This document shows positions 1 to 9,539 of a stretch of 64,000 nt of DNA, one piece after another. The number at the start of each line of letters is the position of its first letter. The first letter of the stretch is position 1. Source of the DNA: a virus (lineage: Duplodnaviria > Caudoviricetes). A model generated the notes under the pieces. The model was not told the DNA's origin. It worked only from the letters and a program-made list of their open reading frames with translations, and ran no database searches. The translations under genes were made by a program, and so were the position numbers. The stretch spans positions 1 through 64,000 of IMG/VR virus record IMGVR_UViG_3300035497_000279; one strand, given 5' to 3'.

Positions 1-1
1 C

Positions 2-127
2 TCTACATATGCTAAATCATGTAGAGATGTAGCAATGCCAGATATAGATATACAAGAAAGAGCTGCTGTTATAAGGGATAAGTACAAAGTTAAGAAAGTA
101 ATGTGTATGCCAGTGTTTAAAAAATGA
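2..127 (+). CDS. 3' end of a gene entering the window (partial)
   Basis: Open frame from position 2 (STYAKSCRDV...VFKK) to TGA at 125-127, followed by an early-type promoter. Confidence 0.55.
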   Translation, partial: STYAKSCRDVAMPDIDIQERAAVIRDKYKVKKVMCMPVFKK

Positions 128-203
128 ATTAATAATATTATTTTTAATTGTATAATATAGGAGTAATAAAGTAGTATGCATTATTAAAAAGGAGGAAAAT
201 AAA

Positions 204-1430
204 ATGAGAAAAGAAAATGTAGTAGATATTGCAAAGAGTGCAACATTAAGATTTAGCAACGCAAATGTCCAGTTTGCAGATGAAGTACAGGATAGTTATA
301 GAGAAGGTAAATTAAATATTGCTTCTGTAGCTTTCAGTATCAATAATGCATTAAAGAATGGTGTTGATATCGTTGATGCATTTGCATGTCTTGATAAACA
401 ACTGGAGAATGTACGAGTTATTAGCTTATCAGAATTTTGCAACATTGTTTATTCTGTTCTTTCATTTATGGAAGAAGAATCTAATAATCAGGGAACAGTT
501 AAATTGATTACTGATAAGTCTTTAGAGAATCAGTATAATGAGGGGACAAATAATCAGGGAACAGTTAAATTGATTGTTGACAGTGCTCCAAAGGATCAGC
601 CTAAGAAGGATGAAACTAACAAGGCAGAAACTTCTAAGAAGAAGGATGAGCCGCTTAAAAAGCAACAGTCCAAGCAGGAACCATCTAAAGAAAAAGAAGC
701 CGTTGTTGAACAGCCTGTAAGCAATCCTAGTATTGATCAGGTGATTAATACGGTACATCAGAATTCCAGTGCTAACAAGGATTTAGGAGGATTAGGATTT
801 AATATCAATAACTTCATTGTTAGAGAAGATAATAATCCTCCACAGCAGTCTGCGCATGTAAATCCATGCTGCGGACACCATCATCATGAACATGCTAATT
901 CATGTCAGCAGCAGCCTGTACCACAGCAGTATCAGCAGCAGGTTATGTATGATGCATTCGGTAATCCATATTATCCGGCACCAATTAAGCAGTTTGCACC
1001 ACAACAATATGGAAATATTGGTAAACTTAATTATTCAAACTACAATCCTACCAATGCAAAAAGGAAGGATCCAATGCCTGGAGCAACTCTTGATAAGAGA
1101 GTTAATAAATTGAATAAACATTATAAGTTTATCAAAGGAAGGCATAATGGTACAACCAGAGAACAGGTAGATTGCCTTCTCTGGTTACTTACAAATGGAG
1201 CCGTATCTAAAGCGTTAAAAGAATGGGATGCTAAATGTACAAAAAAGAATATATTTATGACGGAGATCGAAATTCCTGAAGATCAGAAAGAAGAGTTTGA
1301 TTTCTGCTTCAGAATCGACTCTAACATTGAAGGGAAGTATATTCGTGTATTGTATAATAGCAAAGACGAATACCTTAAAGAAGTTGACAGTTTCGTTAAT
1401 CTTACTCTTGTAACTCTTGAGGACGATTAA
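204..1430 (+). CDS. Hypothetical early protein with Q/P-rich central linker
   Basis: 408-aa ORF, AAGGAGG SD, upstream TGTATAATATA, internal NNQGTVKLI duplication, downstream hairpin. Confidence 0.8.
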   Translation: MRKENVVDIAKSATLRFSNANVQFADEVQDSYREGKLNIASVAFSINNALKNGVDIVDAFACLDKQLENVRVISLSEFCNIVYSVLSFMEEESNNQGTVKLITDKSLENQYNEGTNNQGTVKLIVDSAPKDQPKKDETNKAETSKKKDEPLKKQQSKQEPSKEKEAVVEQPVSNPSIDQVINTVHQNSSANKDLGGLGFNINNFIVREDNNPPQQSAHVNPCCGHHHHEHANSCQQQPVPQQYQQQVMYDAFGNPYYPAPIKQFAPQQYGNIGKLNYSNYNPTNAKRKDPMPGATLDKRVNKLNKHYKFIKGRHNGTTREQVDCLLWLLTNGAVSKALKEWDAKCTKKNIFMTEIEIPEDQKEEFDFCFRIDSNIEGKYIRVLYNSKDEYLKEVDSFVNLTLVTLEDD

Positions 1431-1573
1431 CAGTTTTCGGCATACTACTACTTTGATGGATTTGGGCAAGGTTAATCCTTGCCCGATCAATCCATCTAAC
1501 TATAGTATTATTTTTTTGATTTTATATAGTGTAAAACTTTTAAGTAATGATAGTATTGATAGAGGGTGTTATG

Positions 1574-2296
1574 ATGGCTGAGATGGTTACTATAGTTCAT
1601 AATGATTATGACCGTATTTCAGATACAGTATTTTGGTTGAACAAAGATTGGGTAGTTAAGTTTGTAGTAAGACTTAATAGATATACAGAAAATAGAGGTA
1701 AAGAAAATTATCATAAAGAATTTGGATATTCTGCTAAGAATGGATTTGCTGTAAGCATAAACAGAGATTTTGATTATTTCTTACAGATAGAATCAGTAAG
1801 GAAAGATAATAATGGATTCAAAGATCAAATTCAGATTACACAGAATGACATATATTTTTTACAATTTAAATTGAATAAAGCATCAAAATGGTTTACCGGA
1901 GCCAAATCAATATTTGCCAAAAGTAGTAATGGAGCAATGGTACCAACTAAAACATATAGTGAAAAAATAGATATATCATTTGGTAAATATATTGAGATAG
2001 AACCTGCGGTGGTAAAGTATGATAATGGTAATTATATAACTGGAGTTAGATTTTATATGAATAGTGATGCAGTAAATTTTTTTATTGATGTGAATAAATT
2101 CTTATCGTTTAATTACTTTATATCTAATTTCAATATGTATCTTGCAGCTCAAGGATTATTATCATATTTAGGCAGACCAGAAAATGGAACTAATTATGTT
2201 TCATTTAATTCATTACCTAAAAATGGTAATAGAAATAATTACAATAATTCAAATAATAGTTCTTTCTTTAGCAAAGTAAATGCAACTGAAAGATAA
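1574..2296 (+). CDS. Hypothetical protein
   Basis: ORF with GAGGG SD and AACT-N6-TA promoter at 1535-1546. Confidence 0.75.
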   Translation: MAEMVTIVHNDYDRISDTVFWLNKDWVVKFVVRLNRYTENRGKENYHKEFGYSAKNGFAVSINRDFDYFLQIESVRKDNNGFKDQIQITQNDIYFLQFKLNKASKWFTGAKSIFAKSSNGAMVPTKTYSEKIDISFGKYIEIEPAVVKYDNGNYITGVRFYMNSDAVNFFIDVNKFLSFNYFISNFNMYLAAQGLLSYLGRPENGTNYVSFNSLPKNGNRNNYNNSNNSSFFSKVNATER

Positions 2297-2297
2297 T

Positions 2298-2320
2298 ACA
2301 GGTGGGATTTACCCACCTGT
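2298..2320. terminator. Bidirectional intrinsic terminator
   Basis: acaggtggg-attta-cccacctgt hairpin between convergent genes. Confidence 0.75.
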
Positions 2321-2324
2321 AATT

Positions 2325-3077
2325 TTAAACTGTCATAATTAATATCTGATCTTCATTTGCTGTAGTGGTATGAGCTTCATCCAATCTACTTATAATATCA
2401 TCCCTTTTATTTTTCCAATCCTGAATAGTCTCTAATTTAAGACTAAGGGTAAGGAATGAGGTTTCAGTATCATCAAAGTGTTTAAGCTGTTCATATAAGA
2501 AAGTTGCTACATCAGCAGTACATAAATCTTCAAATATATTCATCATTGTTGGTGATATAGTCATAAGATTAGATGGATGCTGAATAAATACTCCTAGTGG
2601 AAATGATCTAAATCTAGTAACAGATGATCCATTTACTGAAACTAATTTAATCTTGTTAGGAGGTAAAAATTCTATATAGATTCCTAAATTAAAGAAAGAC
2701 ATATAATCTGCTGATACCTGAGTCAATGCTACTTCATCAGCTCCATATGTAGATAAGAAGTTATACCTATCATATCCATTATTACAACGATAAGCATTCC
2801 AATCTACATCTTTAACACCTAAGATTATACTACCTTCTGGTAAGTCTTTATCAATAAAATAGAATCCATCTTTTTCACAAGTATGGTCTATAATTGTAAT
2901 AACTTTATATGGGAAGAATCTACTAAACACTGGGAGTGAATCATCTTCAATTATACGCACCCAATAATCTTTTCCTATAGTCTCAGGAAGATTAAGCAAG
3001 ACTGTACCAAGTCTACGTTCTATTTTATCTAAGAGTTTAGACATTCTATTTGCTGGAACGTTGCTATCTTTATACAT
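2325..3077 (-). CDS. Putative neck/head-tail adaptor protein (T4 gp13-like)
   Basis: N-terminal LLDKIERRLG resembles the gp13 RRLG motif; late promoter at 3099-3110; SD GGAGG before ATG 3077. Confidence 0.5.
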   Translation of the reverse strand: MYKDSNVPANRMSKLLDKIERRLGTVLLNLPETIGKDYWVRIIEDDSLPVFSRFFPYKVITIIDHTCEKDGFYFIDKDLPEGSIILGVKDVDWNAYRCNNGYDRYNFLSTYGADEVALTQVSADYMSFFNLGIYIEFLPPNKIKLVSVNGSSVTRFRSFPLGVFIQHPSNLMTISPTMMNIFEDLCTADVATFLYEQLKHFDDTETSFLTLSLKLETIQDWKNKRDDIISRLDEAHTTTANEDQILIMTV

Positions 3078-3098
3078 ATTAAGCACCTCCTTTAATAT

Positions 3099-3110
3099 TA
3101 TTAAAGTGTT
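3099..3110 (-). promoter_or_regulatory. Late-type promoter AACA-N6-TA
   Basis: AACActttaaTA on the minus strand just upstream of the SD. Confidence 0.65.
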
Positions 3111-3167
3111 TAATCTGGCAATATTACTTTGAAGGATATATTATATATTAAAGTGAGGTGATAAAAA

Positions 3168-3962
3168 ATGATAAATAAAGAATATGTTGAAAATTTTATA
3201 AGGAGGGTGTTTAATTATTATAATGGCAAAATTAATACATGCAATATAGCAGTACTAAAAATAAACTGGTTGTGCTTAGCGGAATCTGAAATAGGTGGAT
3301 CATCGTTCAGTCCTAATATTGTCGAGATCTATCCTCAAGTAATATCCAGATTTGTTAATTCTGAATATGAGTATTATTGTACTATAATAGAGACAATCAT
3401 TCATGAATTATATCATCAAGATCAAGTAGTTGATTACGTGTTGATTGCTTCTAATCGTTCATATAGATTAAATATAGAATCAGCAGTTGAAGTAGAAACA
3501 GTTATATATCTTGCCAATAATCAGATTGATATTCTGAATAATTTTGGTATAGATATGGCAGAATTTATAGCATTATCATATAATAATCGTTTATCTGTCT
3601 ATGATCCTGTGAATCGTGGATATAAAAGAAGATCCATATTTATGCATTATCTCATAGTGATAAGAGAGATCGTATATGACTTTAAAACTTTCTCTAAGAT
3701 TGAGGATGATTTACTTAGCATTGCCAGTGATAAAAAGAAAATACGAATATCAATATCTTTAAATGGAAGTAAGATATATATACGTAATTCATATGACATT
3801 AACAATTGGTACTGGATAGATATAGAGTCATTTAACAGATGGGCTTATGATAATTTTTATAAGTATTCTCTACATTATTATAATTCTATAGAGTATAACA
3901 ATGAAGGTTCTGAATATTCTATAGTTATAAATGGTGGTCAAAAAAATATAATGTGTATATAG
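3168..3962 (+). CDS. HEXXH zincin-like putative metallopeptidase
   Basis: IIHELYH motif with downstream Glu; early promoter at 3137-3145. Confidence 0.55.
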   Translation: MINKEYVENFIRRVFNYYNGKINTCNIAVLKINWLCLAESEIGGSSFSPNIVEIYPQVISRFVNSEYEYYCTIIETIIHELYHQDQVVDYVLIASNRSYRLNIESAVEVETVIYLANNQIDILNNFGIDMAEFIALSYNNRLSVYDPVNRGYKRRSIFMHYLIVIREIVYDFKTFSKIEDDLLSIASDKKKIRISISLNGSKIYIRNSYDINNWYWIDIESFNRWAYDNFYKYSLHYYNSIEYNNEGSEYSIVINGGQKNIMCI

Positions 3963-3969
3963 AAAGGAG

Positions 3970-4158
3970 ATGAATAAGATGGCTGAAAAGTTTGAAGAAA
4001 ACAAGAAAGAGAAAGATTATTTATCAGACAATGATAAATATATTTCTAACTCTAAACCTAATGTTGATGTAGTCAAAGTAGACGGACAAAGGGATTTAGA
4101 GTATAACAGATCTGCTTTAGAATCAATACGTAGAGCAATAAGTTTAAGTTTCCATTAA
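3970..4158 (+). CDS. Small hypothetical protein
   Basis: ORF with SD, packed between neighbours. Confidence 0.6.
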   Translation: MNKMAEKFEENKKEKDYLSDNDKYISNSKPNVDVVKVDGQRDLEYNRSALESIRRAISLSFH

Positions 4159-4181
4159 AAACTATTTAAAGGAGAAAGATC

Positions 4182-4562
4182 ATGATTATTACCAATATTA
4201 ACTACACGGCAATAAAAAATGTAACAAAATGTATTATTAATGAGTTCAAAAATACACCAATAAGCCAATGGTCTACTGATATGATTAGGCTTTGTGACTA
4301 TAATGTTTTAATGAGAGATTACGACCACTATGCTCCAGATATTAAATTTTATACTATCAAAATTAATGATGATTGTATCATAATGATAGAAAGAGTTAAA
4401 TGCAGTACTCTTGATGGGATTGCAAATGGCTACATTGTATCTTATATGGATGCTAAATATATGGATCATGTAGAGAGCTGCTATATGAGTGAAGCTGCAT
4501 TAAGACTTCTCTCATTTAAAATTTGTTATATATACGAAGAAACACCTGATGATGATGAGTAA
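4182..4562 (+). CDS. Hypothetical protein
   Basis: ORF with AAGGAG SD, followed by a terminator. Confidence 0.7.
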   Translation: MIITNINYTAIKNVTKCIINEFKNTPISQWSTDMIRLCDYNVLMRDYDHYAPDIKFYTIKINDDCIIMIERVKCSTLDGIANGYIVSYMDAKYMDHVESCYMSEAALRLLSFKICYIYEETPDDDE

Positions 4563-4574
4563 ACAGTCAAAACA

Positions 4575-4622
4575 TAAGCCATAGGGAATTACCCTATGGC
4601 TTAAATTTTTTTATTATTTTTT
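4575..4622. terminator. Bidirectional intrinsic terminator
   Basis: taagccataggg-aatta-ccctatggctta plus T-tract, between convergent genes. Confidence 0.75.
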
Positions 4623-5457
4623 ACATCTTAAATACATAATCCATAATAAGATTACTAACGTGTTGCTCTAAATTAACAATAATCTTATCTCCATATCTTG
4701 AAGTCATGCGTAAACTATTCTCATTTAATAGATCAATTCTATCATAAATACCATCAAATGTTTCAACAATCGTTGTTAAGTTTGCAGACTCTCTCTGAAG
4801 ACGATTAATTACTTCCATAGCATCGCTATTAGTAATAGTAATAATTGTTCCGGGATCATTTTCAGGTACAACTATCTGATTCTCAAATGATGGTTTACCA
4901 TCTATAGCAGATTCAGTAACAATCTTTTCAGTATAAGCTACCCTATGTGAAGGATAAATTACACTATCCCATGTAATAATTTTGATTCCTTTAACATAAG
5001 CTTTGCCCTGTATATTATCTATAGTGCCAAGAGCTCTTAAAGAGAATGCTGGTAAACAACCCTCACGCAGATCAGCATCAAAATAACTACCATAATCATT
5101 ATTGGTTCCCTTAAATTGGGCTTTAATCAAATTACCTTCAACCCAAACTTTTATAAATCTAACACATACAAGCTTAGGATCAATAGTCTGCTGTCTAACT
5201 AAATCATCAGATAATGGATGACCATATTCTCCACAGAACTGTTTAGCTTTAATAAGCTCCTTCATACGATCACCATTAATCTCAGGTACTAGATCAGCTT
5301 TGGCATAAATTCTTCTATTTCTATTCTCTTTATCCATATCTTGAAGTGTTCCTTCGGCAATTACCCTTTTATTAGAGCAATCTGTAATCACTGCATCTTC
5401 AGCGGTGCTGGCTCCTTCCAGAATAATATTGCCAATAGCTCTATCATTCATATTCAT
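4621..5457 (-). CDS. Prohead maturation protease (T4 gp21-like)
   Basis: NRNRRIY, GEYGHP (His), FSLRALG (Ser), WDSVIYPS (Asp) match the gp21-type protease motif order; late promoter at 5490-5501. Confidence 0.85.
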   Translation of the reverse strand: MNMNDRAIGNIILEGASTAEDAVITDCSNKRVIAEGTLQDMDKENRNRRIYAKADLVPEINGDRMKELIKAKQFCGEYGHPLSDDLVRQQTIDPKLVCVRFIKVWVEGNLIKAQFKGTNNDYGSYFDADLREGCLPAFSLRALGTIDNIQGKAYVKGIKIITWDSVIYPSHRVAYTEKIVTESAIDGKPSFENQIVVPENDPGTIITITNSDAMEVINRLQRESANLTTIVETFDGIYDRIDLLNENSLRMTSRYGDKIIVNLEQHVSNLIMDYVFKM

Positions 5458-5489
5458 TACCTCCTAGGATTTTTATATGTATCGATACT

Positions 5490-5536
5490 TATATTTATGT
5501 TCTAGAGTGGGTACCAAATCTGTTAACTTTATAGTA
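5490..5536. promoter_or_regulatory. Divergent late promoters
   Basis: AACAtaaataTA on minus (5490-5501) and AACTttatagTA on plus (5525-5536). Confidence 0.6.
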
Positions 5537-5564
5537 ATACTAACCGGTGAAAGGAGGTTATGAT

Positions 5565-8159
5565 ATGAAGATTACTATTGATGATATCAATAGACGTCAG
5601 AGTATGAGAACCGATAAATTTAAAGCCAAAGGTTCTGTAATTGGTGAGTCTAGAATCTATACTGAGAATGGAGTATTTTGTGAGAATAATGCAATAAATA
5701 CCATTCAGAATTTAGAAAATCTTTCAGAGAATTCTAATGCTGCATTTAATAAAGCGTTAGATGTATTTTCAGAGTTATTCCTTAATTCTAATGAGTCTGT
5801 AATTAGGACTCAGTGTTATTTTTTGTTAGAAAATGTAGATAAAGTTAGAGATGCTACACAGTTAATGAATTCTATTAAGTATAAGAATTCAAGATTAAAA
5901 ACTAAAATAACTACTAAGATTAATAATAAGCTTGGTAATGTAAACAATGCTATTACATCTGCTATAGGAAATATTACTAATACCATTACTAAAGCTGGAA
6001 TAGCTTCTGGTGGTGGTTCTACAGGAGTTGCTAATGAGCAAGTAGTAGATAAGTATTTTAATATGCTATATGAAGCAGCATCTAAAGCTAAACAATGTGA
6101 TAGAGTATTAGAGAATTACTCTAAGATTTCTAAGAATTTTGATATTGATTACATAGTAGAATCTAATGAGGGAGATATTTATCAGACATGCTATGATATA
6201 GCAGAATGTGTCGATCAATATAATTCTTCATTTAAAGCAAGATATAGTGCCGCATTAGAGACTTCATATTATAGTCTTGCTAAGAATCATATCTATACTG
6301 AACCTGAGAAGATAATTGAATCTGTTACAGATTATTTTATTTTCCGTAAAGGATTAAGTGAGCATGATATCTCTGATATTAAATCACTTTCTACATCATC
6401 TGTATTATTTGAAGAATGTGATTTTAATGATTCTGCGTATATGTGGCAAATTCCTGTAAGTGATGAAGATACTAGTATAGATTTTATAGATCCTGATAGA
6501 TTTGGAAATGATTTAAATATGTTTACTGAGAGTTTGGAAAAGACTCTAAATCAGAAGAAGAATGATATCAAACATGCTAAGAAGCAGGTTAAGAAAGATG
6601 TTAAAGAAGTTAATAAAATGCTTAAATATAATGCTAAGCATGGTAATCCAGAAGAGAAGCGTGATGAAGAAGTTAAACAGATGGTAGATGAGTTCAGAGA
6701 TAATTGTGCTAAAGAAAAGGATGGTAATAAGAATATTATTAGTTTGAAAGGATTAGTTAATAAGATCTTTACTAGAACTCCATTTCAGATTATTAATGAA
6801 CTTCCATCTATCTTTAGTATTATTAGAGCTTCATTCATCATAAGTACTGTAGCAATTAATCCTATCTTGGGAGTAGTTACATTAATTACAGATCAGATTA
6901 TTAAACTTACTCTTGAACGTAAACAGATGGAAAAGATTATTAATGCTTATACAAAAGAATTAGAGACTGTTAAGGGTAAGATTGATAAAGCTAAGAATGA
7001 TGATGATAAGGATCGCTATACAAAATATAGAGATGAATTAAAGAAAGATCTTGAGAAGTTAAGAGAATATGATCGTAATAATTTCTCAGAAGAAGAAAAT
7101 GATGAGCGTGGAGCTTATGATTACGATGATGATTTTGACGATAGCGATTATAATTTAGATGACGATGATTGGGACTTTGATGATGATGATTGGGATACTG
7201 ATTTTGATGATGAAAAGATGGATGAAGCATCATATACTACAGGAGCATCTATTTGTGTAATGGCTAATCTTATGACTACACTTTCAGAAACACTTATAGA
7301 TGATAACTTAGATGGTATGGTTTGTGATAATATTCTCAAGTTATCAAATGATGATATTGATGTAGCAACAGATTTTGTTATCACTGTTCCTGTATTACAT
7401 GAGCGTAAAAAGTTATGCGAAGCTCTTACTGTAGAAAGAGATAATCTTCGTAGATTAAATAATCGTTCTGTAGAGGAATCTAAGAGAATAGATTGTCTTA
7501 ATGAGAATATCTATAAATTCTCTAATATTGGATCTACTCATGAACCTAAGACCATGAAAGAAAATATGATATATATCAAGTCATTACAAGAGTTGGCTAA
7601 TATTAATGGAGAAGAAACTTATGTAACAGAAATGGAGTTTACTAATACATTAAAATTAGCAATCAATAATCTTAAACGAACAGCTCTTAAATTATCTGAT
7701 AAAGAAAAGAAAATATCTAACGAAATAGATGTTTCAGTAAATAATGTATCTAAGGGTATGGAACAAGCTGTAATGAATGGTAATAGAGAAGCAGTTATTA
7801 AAGGTCGTATTATTCCATCTGCTTCTAAATGTATTAAACTTGCTTTAGCTACAGGTGCGGCTTGGGCTATTAATCCAGCTGTTGCTGTTATTGGAGCTCT
7901 TGGTACATTTATCTGTATGAAAAAGATGCAGAATAAAGAGAGGCAGTTAGTTCTTGATGATATTGAAATTGAGCTTAAGATGTGCGAGAGATACATTTCT
8001 CAGGCAGAAAACAATAATGATCTCAAGAAAGTAAGAGACTTAGAAAAGATTCAGAGAAATCTAGAAAGACAGCATCAGAGAATTAAGTATAAGATGAATG
8101 TAGAGCATGACATGAGAGTTCCTAATTCTACTGATAAACCTAATGGTGCTAATGATTGA
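5565..8159 (+). CDS. Putative virion/prohead core protein
   Basis: Large helical ORF in the head module, late promoter, several [ILVF]-x-E sites; start moved to ATG 5565 on SD spacing. Confidence 0.6.
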   Translation: MKITIDDINRRQSMRTDKFKAKGSVIGESRIYTENGVFCENNAINTIQNLENLSENSNAAFNKALDVFSELFLNSNESVIRTQCYFLLENVDKVRDATQLMNSIKYKNSRLKTKITTKINNKLGNVNNAITSAIGNITNTITKAGIASGGGSTGVANEQVVDKYFNMLYEAASKAKQCDRVLENYSKISKNFDIDYIVESNEGDIYQTCYDIAECVDQYNSSFKARYSAALETSYYSLAKNHIYTEPEKIIESVTDYFIFRKGLSEHDISDIKSLSTSSVLFEECDFNDSAYMWQIPVSDEDTSIDFIDPDRFGNDLNMFTESLEKTLNQKKNDIKHAKKQVKKDVKEVNKMLKYNAKHGNPEEKRDEEVKQMVDEFRDNCAKEKDGNKNIISLKGLVNKIFTRTPFQIINELPSIFSIIRASFIISTVAINPILGVVTLITDQIIKLTLERKQMEKIINAYTKELETVKGKIDKAKNDDDKDRYTKYRDELKKDLEKLREYDRNNFSEEENDERGAYDYDDDFDDSDYNLDDDDWDFDDDDWDTDFDDEKMDEASYTTGASICVMANLMTTLSETLIDDNLDGMVCDNILKLSNDDIDVATDFVITVPVLHERKKLCEALTVERDNLRRLNNRSVEESKRIDCLNENIYKFSNIGSTHEPKTMKENMIYIKSLQELANINGEETYVTEMEFTNTLKLAINNLKRTALKLSDKEKKISNEIDVSVNNVSKGMEQAVMNGNREAVIKGRIIPSASKCIKLALATGAAWAINPAVAVIGALGTFICMKKMQNKERQLVLDDIEIELKMCERYISQAENNNDLKKVRDLEKIQRNLERQHQRIKYKMNVEHDMRVPNSTDKPNGAND

Positions 8160-8174
8160 TAAGGAGGTTCGATT

Positions 8175-9443
8175 ATGTTATTAAATTTTAGTGGATTAGA
8201 CGAATCTCGAACTTTCTTTAATGAGTTAGAGATTAATGGTCAAAATGTAGACGATGATGATCAGACTGATTATACAGCAGATCAGAATGATGACAATGGT
8301 GAAGAAACAACTGACGATACGCAAGATACAGATCCAGCAGAAGATGAATCTCCTGAAGATGATGAGGATGATTTAAATGATTATACTGCTGAAGACATGG
8401 ATGATGACGATACTGATGATACAGGAGAAGATGATGAATCAACCGATGATGTTCCAGCAGATACTGAAGATGACACTGGTACAGATGAAGATAGTGGAGA
8501 TGATACCACAGATTATACTGACGAAACTGATGATGATTTAGATACTCCAGATGATGATACTGGTACCGATGAAGGTGGAGATGATACAGAACCCACAGAA
8601 GATACTGATGATACAGGAGAAGATGATGAATCAACCGATGATGCTCCAGCAACAGATGATGATACAGGTGGTGGTACTGGAGGAGATGAAGATGATCTAA
8701 CTGATTATACTGCCGAAGATATAGATGACGATGATACTGAAGCAGGAGGGGATGAAGGTACTGACGATGCTGGTGGTGATGATACAGGCGGAGATGAAGG
8801 CACTAACGATGAAGGTGGAGGAGATGATGGAGAGACCACTGACTATACAGCAGAAACAGAAGATGATGGAGATGACACTGGGGGGGATGAAGGTACTGAC
8901 GATGCTGGTGGTGGTGGAACTACCGGTGGTGGTGGAGGAGGTGGAGAAACTACCGACTATACTGCCGAGACTGATGATGATGGTGGAGACGACACTGGCG
9001 ATGACGATAATGCTGATAATGGCGATGATGAGAACAATGATGATTCTGAAGGGGATAATGCCGAAGATGACGACAATCCTAAAGATTTAGCATCAATGGA
9101 AAAGAATCTATTCTCTGATTTAACCCCACAACAGATGGCTATTAAGAATGCTGAACTCTTAAGAAACTATATTGATCTATATAGAACTGTAGACACTATA
9201 ATTCAGGATGTAGAAAAGATTAATAAGACATTTGATAATATAAGGATTATTGATTTTATAGAGGAAAAGTTAACAGAGCTTAAGGATATTGTAAATTATA
9301 CAATTACCACAACTTATGTTGCTAGAACTTATGTAGAAAATTTATCCAACTATAAACAGTGTTTATTAATGCTCCAGCAAGTTAATTCAATGCTAAAAGG
9401 ATTGATACAAAAACCAGTAAAACAAACAAATCCAGAACAGTAA
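8175..9443 (+). CDS. Highly acidic low-complexity protein, scaffold-like
   Basis: About 280 aa of D/E/T/G-rich sequence with six DYT motifs and a helical C-terminal domain, directly upstream of the capsid gene. Confidence 0.6.
   Translation: MLLNFSGLDESRTFFNELEINGQNVDDDDQTDYTADQNDDNGEETTDDTQDTDPAEDESPEDDEDDLNDYTAEDMDDDDTDDTGEDDESTDDVPADTEDDTGTDEDSGDDTTDYTDETDDDLDTPDDDTGTDEGGDDTEPTEDTDDTGEDDESTDDAPATDDDTGGGTGGDEDDLTDYTAEDIDDDDTEAGGDEGTDDAGGDDTGGDEGTNDEGGGDDGETTDYTAETEDDGDDTGGDEGTDDAGGGGTTGGGGGGGETTDYTAETDDDGGDDTGDDDNADNGDDENNDDSEGDNAEDDDNPKDLASMEKNLFSDLTPQQMAIKNAELLRNYIDLYRTVDTIIQDVEKINKTFDNIRIIDFIEEKLTELKDIVNYTITTTYVARTYVENLSNYKQCLLMLQQVNSMLKGLIQKPVKQTNPEQ
8409..8643 (+). repeat. 43-nt exact direct repeat inside the acidic protein gene
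   Basis: gatactgatgatacaggagaagatgatgaatcaaccgatgatg at 8409-8451 and 8601-8643. Confidence 0.85.
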
Positions 9444-9448
9444 ATTCT

Positions 9449-9460
9449 AACAATATAGTA
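9449..9460 (+). promoter_or_regulatory. Late promoter of the major capsid gene
   Basis: AACAatatagTA, matching the AR9 late consensus AACA-N6-TA. Confidence 0.7.
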
Positions 9461-9539
9461 AATATTTAGGCAAGAATAACCTAATTATTTATATAAATAA
9501 TTAACTTTATTCAATAATTACAAGGAGGTAAATTTAATT

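Noticed and set aside
8233-9090. Alternative-frame and antisense ORFs over low-complexity genes (also 6991, 7619, 25470, 25511, 45829, 50305)
   Set aside because: Shadows of repetitive or biased coding sequence, with no SD or promoter support
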